Below are positions 1 to 7,628 of a stretch of DNA of 63,077 nt, piece after piece (position 1 is the first letter of the stretch; each line of letters starts with the position of its first letter). A model generated the notes under the pieces. That model was given only the letters and a program-made list of their open reading frames with translations, did no database searches and had not been told where the DNA came from. This DNA comes from a virus (taxonomy: Duplodnaviria; Caudoviricetes). The stretch is taken from positions 1 through 63,077 of the IMG/VR virus record IMGVR_UViG_3300020045_000872. One strand, written 5' to 3'. A program made the position numbers and the translations under genes.

Positions 1-60
1 ACATAAGAAACGGCTTCGATTTCGTCAACCCAGCTTTCAATCTGCATACTGTAACCCTCT

Positions 61-129
61 TTATTGAATAGCCCACATGATAGCGGCGAAAATGGCAAAC
101 GCAAGACCAGCACCTAGCAAAATTTCCAT
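61..129 (-). CDS. 22-aa hydrophobic peptide (MEILLGAGLAFAIFAAIMWAIQ)
   Basis: Translated by hand; AGAGGA RBS upstream; lies just downstream of a promoter; below the ORF-track cutoff. Confidence 0.5.
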   Translation of the reverse strand: MEILLGAGLAFAIFAAIMWAIQ

Positions 130-156
130 GTTTTGAATCCTCTTTAATGTATGGGC

Positions 157-185
157 ATTCTATCAAGAATGCCCACGCCTAACAA
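157..185 (-). promoter_or_regulatory. sigma70-like early promoter TTGTTA-17-TAGAAT
   Basis: Member of the recurring early promoter family; -10 overlaps a 10-bp inverted repeat. Confidence 0.6.
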
Positions 186-188
186 GCT

Positions 189-461
189 TTATTCTGCGGA
201 AACTACACACCAAAAAGCCATTTTATTGCCCTGGATGTTATAGCCTTTTGCGGTCCAGTGTTGTGGCAATTGGGCATCACGTTCCCTGGCAATTTCAACA
301 CCTACAAAAGTGATGCACTCACCTTGACGGTCTGGGCAGTCGTCTGGGCGCTTTGGATATGCTTTGCGATCAGTCAGCAGCAGCCAGACGCCATAATGCT
401 TGATAATGTCGCCTTCTTTAAGCTGGTGGCTGTTTGCGGTGGTGTGGGTCATGTTGGTCAT
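189..461 (-). CDS. hypothetical early protein
   Basis: 90-aa ORF in the - strand early array, promoter upstream. Confidence 0.7.
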   Translation of the reverse strand: MTNMTHTTANSHQLKEGDIIKHYGVWLLLTDRKAYPKRPDDCPDRQGECITFVGVEIARERDAQLPQHWTAKGYNIQGNKMAFWCVVSAE

Positions 462-511
462 TTGCTTGTCTCTTTCTAGTTGGTTAGGGCTTTTCCCTTT
501 CCGTGCCTGTT

Positions 512-539
512 ATTCTACAGGGATTAACAGGCAATACAA
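512..539 (-). promoter_or_regulatory. sigma70-like promoter TTGTAT-16-TAGAAT
   Basis: Motif read directly; preceded by the AAATAAAGC element seen at several early promoters. Confidence 0.6.
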
Positions 540-546
540 GCTTTAT

Positions 547-792
547 TTAAGGAATTAGAGCATCAGGGACATATTCACACGACAGGCCATAATGAGAAAG
601 CATCGCATTATCAACAACTATTTGTTGACTTGTAAGATATTCTTTTAGACCTTTTCGACTATGCCAAACGCTTTCGAGCTTATCAGCCTGGGCAGTGGCG
701 TTAATCATGCAATCCGTATGTGACAGGCTACTGTCAATGTAGTAGTCGTTACAGGTGGCAGCCATGCAAAGGCGTAGGATAACGAAAAACAT
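547..792 (-). CDS. hypothetical early protein, hydrophobic N-terminus
   Basis: 81-aa ORF with AGGAGG RBS. Confidence 0.7.
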   Translation of the reverse strand: MFFVILRLCMAATCNDYYIDSSLSHTDCMINATAQADKLESVWHSRKGLKEYLTSQQIVVDNAMLSHYGLSCEYVPDALIP

Positions 793-821
793 TCTATACC
801 CTCCTTTTATTCGGTAGCCTG

Positions 822-875
822 GGCGATCATTTGAAGGCGATCATTTGAAGGCGATCATTTGAAGGCGATCATTTG
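822..875. repeat. 14-bp tandem repeat GGCGATCATTTGAA, 3 full copies plus 12 bp
   Basis: Units start at 822, 836, 850 and 864. Confidence 0.95.
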
Positions 876-968
876 GAGATTTTGGGCCACTTCAATACGA
901 TCAAATGCCACACAAAAGCCTTTAACAGCGAACACCACAGCAGCAGCGAGGATGATAAGAGTTTTCAT
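855..968 (-). CDS. small membrane or secreted peptide (MKTLIIL...), C-terminus set by the tandem repeat
   Basis: ATG at 968 downstream of a promoter; stop lies inside the repeat. Confidence 0.6.
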   Translation of the reverse strand: MKTLIILAAAVVFAVKGFCVAFDRIEVAQNLQMIAFK

Positions 969-1008
969 TTGCGTTTTCCTGTTTGGGTTATTTCGTTTCG
1001 TTGTGGTT

Positions 1009-1037
1009 ATTCTAACAAAGGGCACACCCAGTGGCAA
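1009..1037 (-). promoter_or_regulatory. sigma70-like promoter TTGCCA-17-TAGAAT
   Basis: Motif read directly. Confidence 0.65.
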
Positions 1038-1057
1038 GCCCTTTTGTAGATTTATTT

Positions 1058-1252
1058 TTAGTAGGTCAACCCGCTAGCTTCCCACAATTCGACAATACGC
1101 TCAAAGCTCGCGGACGTGTTCAGGGCAATTTCAGACAAACAGTAGCGTTGGGCGTCTGTCAATGTAGCCCATAGTTCACCATCTAGCAGATAATCACCAA
1201 CTACATCAGAAATTTCTGAGGCTTGGGATTCGTAGTCATTCTGGCTGTGCAT
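1058..1252 (-). CDS. small acidic hypothetical protein
   Basis: 64-aa ORF, AAGGA RBS, promoter upstream. Confidence 0.7.
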   Translation of the reverse strand: MHSQNDYESQASEISDVVGDYLLDGELWATLTDAQRYCLSEIALNTSASFERIVELWEASGLTY

Positions 1253-1301
1253 TCTGGCTTTTCCTTTTCAGTGGTTGGGCTTTGTTGCCCTTGTGTTGCC
1301 T

Positions 1302-1329
1302 ATTCTACAGGAACAAAAAGGCCCGTCAA
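1302..1329 (-). promoter_or_regulatory. sigma70-like promoter TTGACG-16-TAGAAT
   Basis: Motif read directly. Confidence 0.65.
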
Positions 1330-1354
1330 CACCTAAATGCTAACGGGCCAGCTT

Positions 1355-1984
1355 TTATTTATAGTTTTTCTGTAGGTAGCGTTTCAACTGGCCGTAATTT
1401 GCAAACTTGCCAAAATTTAGCTTTTGGTAAAGGGTAGGCTTACCCTCGGTTAACTCACGGGCAAGGGCTGTAAGTGGTGACCAGAATCCAGCATCATCGG
1501 TTAGGATGCCTTTAAATCGGGCATACTCACCCACCGCGCACGTGGTCCAGTCGTTGTTATCAATACCATCCTGGCTATTTTTTGACGTAACAAAGGCTTT
1601 AAAACCCTCAAAGCCTGGGGGCAAAAGGCGTGCCAATTCACGACGATAGAAGGCCAGCATATGTTTCAGCAAAGAGCGGCGTTGCTTGCCCGCCTCACCA
1701 TCCCAAAGTTGGCGGTTTTCCAGGTCAGCAAAAAACTGGTCAGACGCACACTCAAAACCCTTTTTGGTAACAGGGATCGGAAAAGAGCCAGAATTGCTAT
1801 AATGTGCCCAATCTTTCCAGCTTTCGCCTTTTGTCTGGTCAAAATGCAAAGAGGCTTTCCACTGGCAGCTGTCGTCGTTGTTCATCAGGTAATCACCCAC
1901 CGAGAAACAGATGGGACGGCTACCGCTTTTTGTAGATACGTGTTCCAGGGCTTTAATCACTTGACGGATATTTTCAGCGTTCAT
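1355..1984 (-). CDS. hypothetical early protein
   Basis: 209-aa ORF, GAGG RBS, promoter upstream. Confidence 0.75.
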   Translation of the reverse strand: MNAENIRQVIKALEHVSTKSGSRPICFSVGDYLMNNDDSCQWKASLHFDQTKGESWKDWAHYSNSGSFPIPVTKKGFECASDQFFADLENRQLWDGEAGKQRRSLLKHMLAFYRRELARLLPPGFEGFKAFVTSKNSQDGIDNNDWTTCAVGEYARFKGILTDDAGFWSPLTALARELTEGKPTLYQKLNFGKFANYGQLKRYLQKNYK

Positions 1985-2023
1985 TTTGTAGCCTCTTTGG
2001 TTGTTTGCTTTGTGTGTGTGGGT

Positions 2024-2052
2024 ATTGTATCGACTAGGGTTAGCCCTGTAAA
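2024..2052 (-). promoter_or_regulatory. sigma70-like promoter TTTACA-17-TACAAT
   Basis: Motif read directly, with upstream AAATAAAGC. Confidence 0.7.
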
Positions 2053-2055
2053 GCT

Positions 2056-2346
2056 TTATTTTTTGAATGAACCGAAAGGGTCACCAGGGAACATAAAGTT
2101 ATGGGGATTGTTCAAACGCAAGGCACCCAACACAATGGCCGTAATGTTTCGGCTTTCCTCACCATATACCACAAGCTCACCATTCTTGCAATCTATTCGC
2201 ATGATGTTGTGGCCTTTGCGGTTTTGCAGATAAACGCGGTTACCATGCCCACCCATTAAATGGCCATATCCGCTCTTTGCTAGATAGATAGCACGGCGAA
2301 GGCGCTTTGCCATGGTTGGGTGTGTCAAGCTTGTGGTGGTGATCAT
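2056..2346 (-). CDS. hypothetical early protein
   Basis: Start moved to ATG 2346 because the longer ORF begins inside the promoter. Confidence 0.7.
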   Translation of the reverse strand: MITTTSLTHPTMAKRLRRAIYLAKSGYGHLMGGHGNRVYLQNRKGHNIMRIDCKNGELVVYGEESRNITAIVLGALRLNNPHNFMFPGDPFGSFKK

Positions 2347-2367
2347 TTGCGTTACCCTGTTTGGTCG

Positions 2368-2415
2368 GTGTGTGCCCATTCTATCGAATGGGCTTTACCC
2401 TGTAAAGCTTTATTT
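2368..2415 (-). promoter_or_regulatory. promoter cassette TTTACA-17-TAGAAT, exact 48-bp copy of 5529-5576
   Basis: GTGTGTGCCCATTCTATCGAATGGGCTTTACCCTGTAAAGCTTTATTT occurs at both sites. Confidence 0.8.
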
Positions 2416-2431
2416 ATGGCTTGTTTACAAG

Positions 2432-2962
2432 TCACCACCGCACCGAACGGCCCCGCATTTTGTAAGACGTGCGAAGGGTAGCGATAGAGAAAAAGCAATC
2501 CATTAGAATCAAATCACCCTGGGCGTTATAGCTCACGTTACGGGGCGATATTTCAAAGCGCATATCGTCGGGCGAGATACCGTTGCCCACATTACCGGCA
2601 AGGTCAATTATAGCCTCTTTGTCATCGTCGGTCAATGTAGATTTTTCAATCAATACACAAAATTTGTAGTAATCAAGGTTAGTGCCGATTGCATCCTGGC
2701 CAATTTGGCGAAGGGTTTTATATACTGCCAAAGCCTGGGCGTTAAAGTCGCGGCTTGGGGCTTTAACCTTTGGATAAAGTGGCATCTTATACTTGCCTGT
2801 CTCTTTCAATTCGATAACAGGGGCAAACTTATTACCCTGGGAAAACATAGCATAACATTCTTTTGCAGGGCAAAAGCTCACCACTTCTACCTCATTCTCA
2901 CCAACCTGATAAGCCTTTGTAAAAGCGCCTTTACCAATTAGCTTGCGTTTGAATGCTGTCAT
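2432..2962 (-). CDS. minimal protein-kinase-like fold protein
   Basis: Gly loop LIGKGAFTKAY, catalytic-loop-like FEISPRNV, DFG-like LILMDCF. Confidence 0.55.
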   Translation of the reverse strand: MTAFKRKLIGKGAFTKAYQVGENEVEVVSFCPAKECYAMFSQGNKFAPVIELKETGKYKMPLYPKVKAPSRDFNAQALAVYKTLRQIGQDAIGTNLDYYKFCVLIEKSTLTDDDKEAIIDLAGNVGNGISPDDMRFEISPRNVSYNAQGDLILMDCFFSIATLRTSYKMRGRSVRW

Positions 2963-3003
2963 GTTTGCTACCCTCTGTTTGTGTTTTGCTTTTCGTTGGG
3001 GCT

Positions 3004-3031
3004 ATTCTATCAAACTGGTGTTGCCTGTAAA
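3004..3031 (-). promoter_or_regulatory. sigma70-like promoter TTTACA-16-TAGAAT
   Basis: Motif read directly. Confidence 0.7.
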
Positions 3032-3049
3032 GCTTTATTTTAAATTATT

Positions 3050-3388
3050 TTAAGATTTATAACAGGCTGCTCCAGCATCAGACAGGATGGGCGAACGATA
3101 CCAGAACACACCCCACGCCGTGGCTTGGGCTTGCAATTGTCGAGTGTAGCCATTGCCCTGGGCATGCTTGGCCGTCTCTTTGTAGTATATTTCCCCGTCT
3201 GGCATGATGGCCACACCAGACAGCCCGCTATCCTGGCCACTATCGGAAAAGAGGGCAATTCTACGCCAGCCTTTGTGATCTACGAAAAGGCGTACCACGC
3301 TGCCATCTGGATTGTCAACCTTTTTTAATTCACGCTCTAAACCCACAAAAGAGCAACGATTGCAAGGGGCATAAATAGTGCTGTTCAT
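3050..3388 (-). CDS. hypothetical early protein
   Basis: 112-aa ORF, GGTGA RBS. Confidence 0.7.
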   Translation of the reverse strand: MNSTIYAPCNRCSFVGLERELKKVDNPDGSVVRLFVDHKGWRRIALFSDSGQDSGLSGVAIMPDGEIYYKETAKHAQGNGYTRQLQAQATAWGVFWYRSPILSDAGAACYKS

Positions 3389-3437
3389 AAATCACCATAA
3401 AAGAAAAGGGCCACCCTTTCGGCTAGCCCTTATTGTC

Positions 3438-4118
3438 TTACCCTTTTGCGATCAAGTCAACTGTTTTTGCTGCCGTACCATGGGCGCGGAACCCTATGAT
3501 ATAATCACGTTTTGCTAGTTGACAAAGCCCACAGTTTTGACAGTTAATTTTGTCGGTGTTTTCTGCTGGACAAATTACCACTTTGTTTCCGTCTGGCGTA
3601 TAGCTCACCTTTTCAGCGTCACGGGGCATAAGCACGACTACTGGGGCAATGTCAAGCGCTTTGAGCTTGTCAGCATGGCCCATATCATTGCCTGATAAAT
3701 TGACTGTAAAGCCTCCCTCATTAGCTAATAGCACGGCGGCGGCATTAGGCATATTGTCTAAAACGTCATAGTGTGTATATGTAAAACCACGTTTATTGTA
3801 ATTAGCACGGATCAAGTCTAGAAGCTTTGCGCGGTCGATATACTCACCAATGCCATTTAAATCACCCGCTTGATTATGGCGCCAGAGTGTGCCCTTGCCC
3901 AAGGCTTTAACCTGTCGTACAAACTGGGGCCATTCTACGGCGTCCTTAGCTTTTCCGCTGTCTACGTTACGCCATGCCATACCAGTTGGCCCGTATTTTG
4001 CATAACAGCCTTTCACCTTTAATGCGCAAGCATCTGGGCACGTGGTGCCGTTGCTAGTGGATACTGGCATTGGGCCTGTTTTGCGATTACCTGACACGAC
4101 TTTGAGAACGTAAAACAT
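3438..4118 (-). CDS. Cys-motif protein, radical-SAM-like or phage gp88-like
   Basis: CPDAC-x6-CY, RHNQAGD, GFTYTH, C-terminal CP...CQNCGLC. Confidence 0.6.
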   Translation of the reverse strand: MFYVLKVVSGNRKTGPMPVSTSNGTTCPDACALKVKGCYAKYGPTGMAWRNVDSGKAKDAVEWPQFVRQVKALGKGTLWRHNQAGDLNGIGEYIDRAKLLDLIRANYNKRGFTYTHYDVLDNMPNAAAVLLANEGGFTVNLSGNDMGHADKLKALDIAPVVVLMPRDAEKVSYTPDGNKVVICPAENTDKINCQNCGLCQLAKRDYIIGFRAHGTAAKTVDLIAKG

Positions 4119-4150
4119 GGGGCTTTATCCTTTTAAATGATTGGCAGAGT

Positions 4151-4432
4151 TTACAGTGATTCTACGAAACTTGCAACGGTGTGAATAAAAATCCCACCCT
4201 TTGGCTTATCAAGCTTCAAAGCTTTGCGAACAGTTTTTACTTGCCAATCTTTTGATATTTCCAGGCCGATGACCTCTTGACTATCGTTCCAAAATTTCCA
4301 CGCATGGTCCGTAAACTTAAACCGCTGGCCACCTTCTATACGATAAGCATTCTCAATTAGAAGCTCATTATTAAGTGTGGCTTTATTACGGTCAGAGGCT
4401 TTGCGCAGGTCGATAGTGAGAATGGCTTTCAT
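4151..4432 (-). CDS. hypothetical protein
   Basis: 93-aa ORF, AAGGA RBS. Confidence 0.7.
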   Translation of the reverse strand: MKAILTIDLRKASDRNKATLNNELLIENAYRIEGGQRFKFTDHAWKFWNDSQEVIGLEISKDWQVKTVRKALKLDKPKGGIFIHTVASFVESL

Positions 4433-4488
4433 TTAGCATATCCTTGTCTTGCTGGGTTGATTTAGGCGTTTTGCCTTTCTTGTCGCCT

Positions 4489-4516
4489 ATTCTACAGGCT
4501 ACACATCACCCGTCAA
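4489..4516 (-). promoter_or_regulatory. sigma70-like promoter TTGACG-16-TAGAAT
   Basis: Motif read directly. Confidence 0.65.
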
Positions 4517-4529
4517 CCATTATTCAGCA

Positions 4530-4904
4530 CTATTTACAGAATATTTTAAAAGATATTAAGACCAGCACTATAAACAATAGCTTGACTTGCCAGGGCTGCC
4601 ATGCTTGACGCTGATAATGCTTTGAGCGTCTATGTTCTGTAGTGGTTGGCGTGGTTGGCCTTGCATGGATTATGCCAATTGCCTTATCTAAGGCACGCTT
4701 GGCCTTTTCTCGCCTGACTGTCAGGGCATCATGGCAACGCAGGTAGTCGTCATATTCGATTAAATCTAAACTGTAAGCCTTTTCCAATTCATCTGTCAAG
4801 TCTACAATTAAATCTAATTCTACTTGACTTTTACCAAGTATACGCTGGTGCAGTGGTGCCTTGCGAATGATTTTCTTTCTCGTCTGTCGTCTATTGACTA
4901 CCAT
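4530..4904 (-). CDS. hypothetical protein with C-terminal TM segment
   Basis: 124 aa; ends LLFIVLVLISFKIFCK. Confidence 0.65.
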   Translation of the reverse strand: MVVNRRQTRKKIIRKAPLHQRILGKSQVELDLIVDLTDELEKAYSLDLIEYDDYLRCHDALTVRREKAKRALDKAIGIIHARPTTPTTTEHRRSKHYQRQAWQPWQVKLLFIVLVLISFKIFCK

Positions 4905-4936
4905 AGCGAATCCAATTTGTAAAGTGTACTACTGAC

Positions 4937-4958
4937 AAAGCCCGCTTATGCGGGCTTT
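4937..4958. terminator. intrinsic terminator-like hairpin
   Basis: AAAGCCCGC-TTAT-GCGGGCTTT. Confidence 0.7.
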
Positions 4959-4969
4959 GTTATCAAGCT

Positions 4970-5110
4970 TTATTCGTTTTCACGCCATACGCCCCAGGCA
5001 CCAGTGCCGCGACGGCCAGAACGCCGGCCAATTTCAGACTTACGGGCCTGCTTTTTGGCTTGTTGGAATTGATAATCTTTATCAAATGCACTGGCTTTTA
5101 CAGTTCGCAT
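4970..5110 (-). CDS. 46-aa Arg/Lys-rich peptide
   Basis: MRTVKASAFDKDYQFQQAKKQARKSEIGRRSGRRGTGAWGVWRENE, GAGGG RBS; not in the ORF track. Confidence 0.7.
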   Translation of the reverse strand: MRTVKASAFDKDYQFQQAKKQARKSEIGRRSGRRGTGAWGVWRENE

Positions 5111-5201
5111 TTTGTAACCCTCTTTGTCAAGGCTTGATTGCCTGCTATATACACTAAATCTTACGCAAGGTCAATAGTGTATATAACAAACTAACTAACC
5201 C

Positions 5202-5507
5202 TTACTTATTGAAGTTATACGTGATCCCTGCAATAGTTGCACTTCGCAGCTTATCAAGCTTCAAAGAACGGTAAGATTTTTTCGGGTCAATTTTGTATTG
5301 TTCCACGTCAACTAGCACATAGTTTTCACTGGGGGCATTCGACTTGCCTTTGTTGTTTTTATCGCCACTGGCTAGGGCTTTTTCGATCCACTTTTTGGCT
5401 TGCATGGTGCGCAGTGTACCATCGGCCTTTTCAAAAGTCACGTGGAACATTTGGCCCTTTGCAGAATCCAGAATTTCACGCTTTTTTGCAATAGTGGTAG
5501 AAGTCAT
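5202..5507 (-). CDS. SH3/Sm-like (WYL_2-like) protein
   Basis: FHVTFEKADGTLRTM motif; start moved to ATG 5507. Confidence 0.55.
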   Translation of the reverse strand: MTSTTIAKKREILDSAKGQMFHVTFEKADGTLRTMQAKKWIEKALASGDKNNKGKSNAPSENYVLVDVEQYKIDPKKSYRSLKLDKLRSATIAGITYNFNK

Positions 5508-5528
5508 CTTTGTTACCCTCTTTGGTTT

Positions 5529-5576
5529 GTGTGTGCCCATTCTATCGAATGGGCTTTACCCTGTAAAGCTTTATTT
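5529..5576 (-). promoter_or_regulatory. promoter cassette TTTACA-17-TAGAAT, exact copy of 2368-2415
   Basis: 48-bp identity. Confidence 0.8.
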
Positions 5577-5581
5577 TGCTT

Positions 5582-5788
5582 TTATTCAACCTTGATAATA
5601 ATGCCATCTTTCAAGGTAGCCACGGCGAAAAACTCACGCTTATGCCCGGTCAAGTGCGGACGGTTGCAGCCGGTCAGCTTGCCGTCTGGCTTGTACTCAG
5701 GACCAAAGATAGAAGTCTCCTTATATTTCAAAGGCTGGCCAATATTCTCTTTCATATTCTTTTTCGACGGATAATTGAAAATCAACAT
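5582..5788 (-). CDS. hypothetical early protein
   Basis: 68-aa ORF with RBS, promoter upstream. Confidence 0.7.
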   Translation of the reverse strand: MLIFNYPSKKNMKENIGQPLKYKETSIFGPEYKPDGKLTGCNRPHLTGHKREFFAVATLKDGIIIKVE

Positions 5789-5833
5789 CTTTTGCCCCTT
5801 TAGCCTTTTGGCTATTGCTTGTTTGTGTGGCCT

Positions 5834-5861
5834 ATTCTACAGAGTCAAAACAGGGTGTCAA
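5834..5861 (-). promoter_or_regulatory. sigma70-like promoter TTGACA-16-TAGAAT
   Basis: Motif read directly. Confidence 0.75.
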
Positions 5862-6328
5862 CCTTTATTTTCTACCCAAACCAATTTATTTTTAGTGTCT
5901 GGTCGGCCACGCAATTGACGTTCGGCCATATTACCGCGACGGTCGCGGGTGATCCGGGTTAACTCCAGGCCACCACACGGAAGCTTGACAGCCAGTCTAT
6001 ATTTATGCTCAGGCATAACTAAATCAGCCTCATTATTGCAACGCTCAGGCCGTGCCCCTATATTACGGCACACTTCTTGCCAGTATGGGCCGTGGCCAGC
6101 ATGGTGCCCCGCTAGGGCGTGTGCTATCTCATGTAAAATAGTGTTTAGCACGTTAGCGTGACTATTCAACGCGACGTAAACCTCAGAAAGAAAAATTGTC
6201 TTCTTGCTGTAGTTGCAAAGCCCAAGGGCAGACTTTCTGCGATTGAAGGCGAGGCGCCACCCACGTGACGTTAGGCCATGTTCTGCCATCTTTTCCAGGG
6301 CAAGGGCTTGGGCTTCTAATCGGTTCAT
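5858..6328 (-). CDS. SprT-like zinc metalloprotease
   Basis: ALGLC...ILHEIAH...HGPYW, a SprT-type HEXXH signature. Confidence 0.85.
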   Translation of the reverse strand: MNRLEAQALALEKMAEHGLTSRGWRLAFNRRKSALGLCNYSKKTIFLSEVYVALNSHANVLNTILHEIAHALAGHHAGHGPYWQEVCRNIGARPERCNNEADLVMPEHKYRLAVKLPCGGLELTRITRDRRGNMAERQLRGRPDTKNKLVWVENKG

Positions 6329-6361
6329 TCTGGCTTATCTCTTTGTTGGTTGGTGTTGGCT

Positions 6362-6389
6362 ATTCTATAGATAGTTGCGGGCCTGTCAA
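6362..6389 (-). promoter_or_regulatory. sigma70-like promoter TTGACA-16-TAGAAT
   Basis: Motif read directly. Confidence 0.75.
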
Positions 6390-6601
6390 GCCTCTTTATT
6401 AATCTTTTTCAATTCGTCATAAATGCCAGACAACACACACCACAAGCCAGCGCCGATTGACCACGCCACCAGGGCACACACACCGAACACCAGACCCAAC
6501 CAACCAGCGCCACCCACCAGGGCAAAGAAGGTAAACAGGGCGATAACGAATAGGCCAAAGCCCACCAGAAAATCGTTTATTTTGATAGCCAAATTTTTCA
6601 T
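6386..6601 (-). CDS. small two-TM membrane protein, first gene of the early array
   Basis: Two hydrophobic stretches, AAGGA RBS. Confidence 0.7.
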   Translation of the reverse strand: MKNLAIKINDFLVGFGLFVIALFTFFALVGGAGWLGLVFGVCALVAWSIGAGLWCVLSGIYDELKKINKEA

Positions 6602-6643
6602 ATAATATCCTTTTAGTAGTGAGATTTATTCTCGATTGGTGTG

Positions 6644-6672
6644 ATTCTAACCCAATCACCAGGGCTTGTAAA
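6644..6672 (-). promoter_or_regulatory. sigma70-like promoter TTTACA-17-TAGAAT
   Basis: Motif read directly. Confidence 0.7.
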
Positions 6673-6697
6673 GGGTGAAAATATTTTCAAATAGTTG

Positions 6698-6725
6698 TTG
6701 CATGCCCTGACCAGTTTGCTACAAT
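6698..6725 (+). promoter_or_regulatory. divergent sigma70-like promoter TTGCAT-16-TACAAT
   Basis: Points into the non-coding 6.73-7.07 kb region. Confidence 0.5.
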
Positions 6726-6853
6726 AGACACAAGCGGGAACGAACGGCGGCAGCCAGGACACCGGAGTACAAGACGGGGAGGGTGCCTGTCATTCTGGGA
6801 ATGCGAATATGTCTCATCTTCGGGTGTAAATGGGAACGCATATCATTTGCAGG

Positions 6854-6868
6854 TGAGAATGATTCTCA
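6854..6868. promoter_or_regulatory. Fur-box-like 7-1-7 palindrome TGAGAATGATTCTCA
   Basis: Perfect palindrome; weaker copies at ~6800-6818 and ~6829-6847. Confidence 0.5.
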
Positions 6869-6973
6869 AACTCATTCGCAGGGCCAGAGACGTGCTACAA
6901 CTTTTCAGGCAGGGGAGGGGCATACCACCCTACCCCACTCTCGCCTATATACAAATCTCTGTAAAAAATCGCC

Positions 6974-7068
6974 CAGTTCTAAATTTTTGTCGAGTTCTAA
7001 ATTTTCACCGAGTTCTAAATTTCTGTCCAGTTCCAGAATCCTGTGAAAAATGGTCGAGTTCTAATTTT
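6974..7068. repeat. 18-bp-period repeats with core AGTTCTAAATTT
   Basis: Cores at 6975, 6993, 7011; degenerate copies at 7029 and 7057. Confidence 0.9.
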
Positions 7069-7106
7069 TAATGTGTTATAAAAGACACCACTCAATGATT
7101 ACCTAG

Positions 7107-7625
7107 TCATACACCCAACTCTTTGTACCTAGATAATTCCCAGGACTTCCTCACGCAGGCTGCTTCGAAAAGACTATAGCCACTATATAGTTGGATATTC
7201 TTATTGCCTTGTGCTGCGTAAGCCACAAACCTAGAATCCTTCTTCCTCAGCTTCACACCTTGAGGGTATGCCCTGCCCACCTTGGCACCTCTCCTGTTTA
7301 AGTTCTGTACCTCATAACCAACCCATCGACAATTACCTGGATTATACCCTGCCGGGCCAAATCTTCTGTCCAAAGTCTTGCCTACGAAAAAGTAAGTCGA
7401 AAAGTAATCTTCCCCTAAAAGTAAGTACGGGTCTACCATATCCTGTAGAAAGTTGACAAAGCCAATTTCTTTTGGTGGTAACCACTCTGAACAAACCTCG
7501 ACACCCAGTCCACCATAATGTGCGTACTGTTTATTATTATGGTTAGTGCAACGCTGAATCATTGCATTCCATATAGGGTAGAACGGATGGAGCGACAATC
7601 TCTTCGTATCTAACATAACTGACAA
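7107..7625 (-). CDS. HNH-type homing endonuclease
   Basis: WNAMIQRC...YGGLGVEVCSEW...TLDR...GYNPGNCRW. Confidence 0.8.
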   Translation of the reverse strand: MSVMLDTKRLSLHPFYPIWNAMIQRCTNHNNKQYAHYGGLGVEVCSEWLPPKEIGFVNFLQDMVDPYLLLGEDYFSTYFFVGKTLDRRFGPAGYNPGNCRWVGYEVQNLNRRGAKVGRAYPQGVKLRKKDSRFVAYAAQGNKNIQLYSGYSLFEAACVRKSWELSRYKELGV

Positions 7626-7628
7626 CTC

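Noticed and set aside
6974-7068. Repeat array as a mini-CRISPR
   Set aside because: The 18-bp period leaves only ~6-nt variable parts, too short for spacers, and there are no cas genes.
6783-7071. + strand ORFs of 87 and 74 aa
   Set aside because: They simply translate the 18-bp repeats (SSSKF/VLNF) and Fur-like boxes, and have weak starts.
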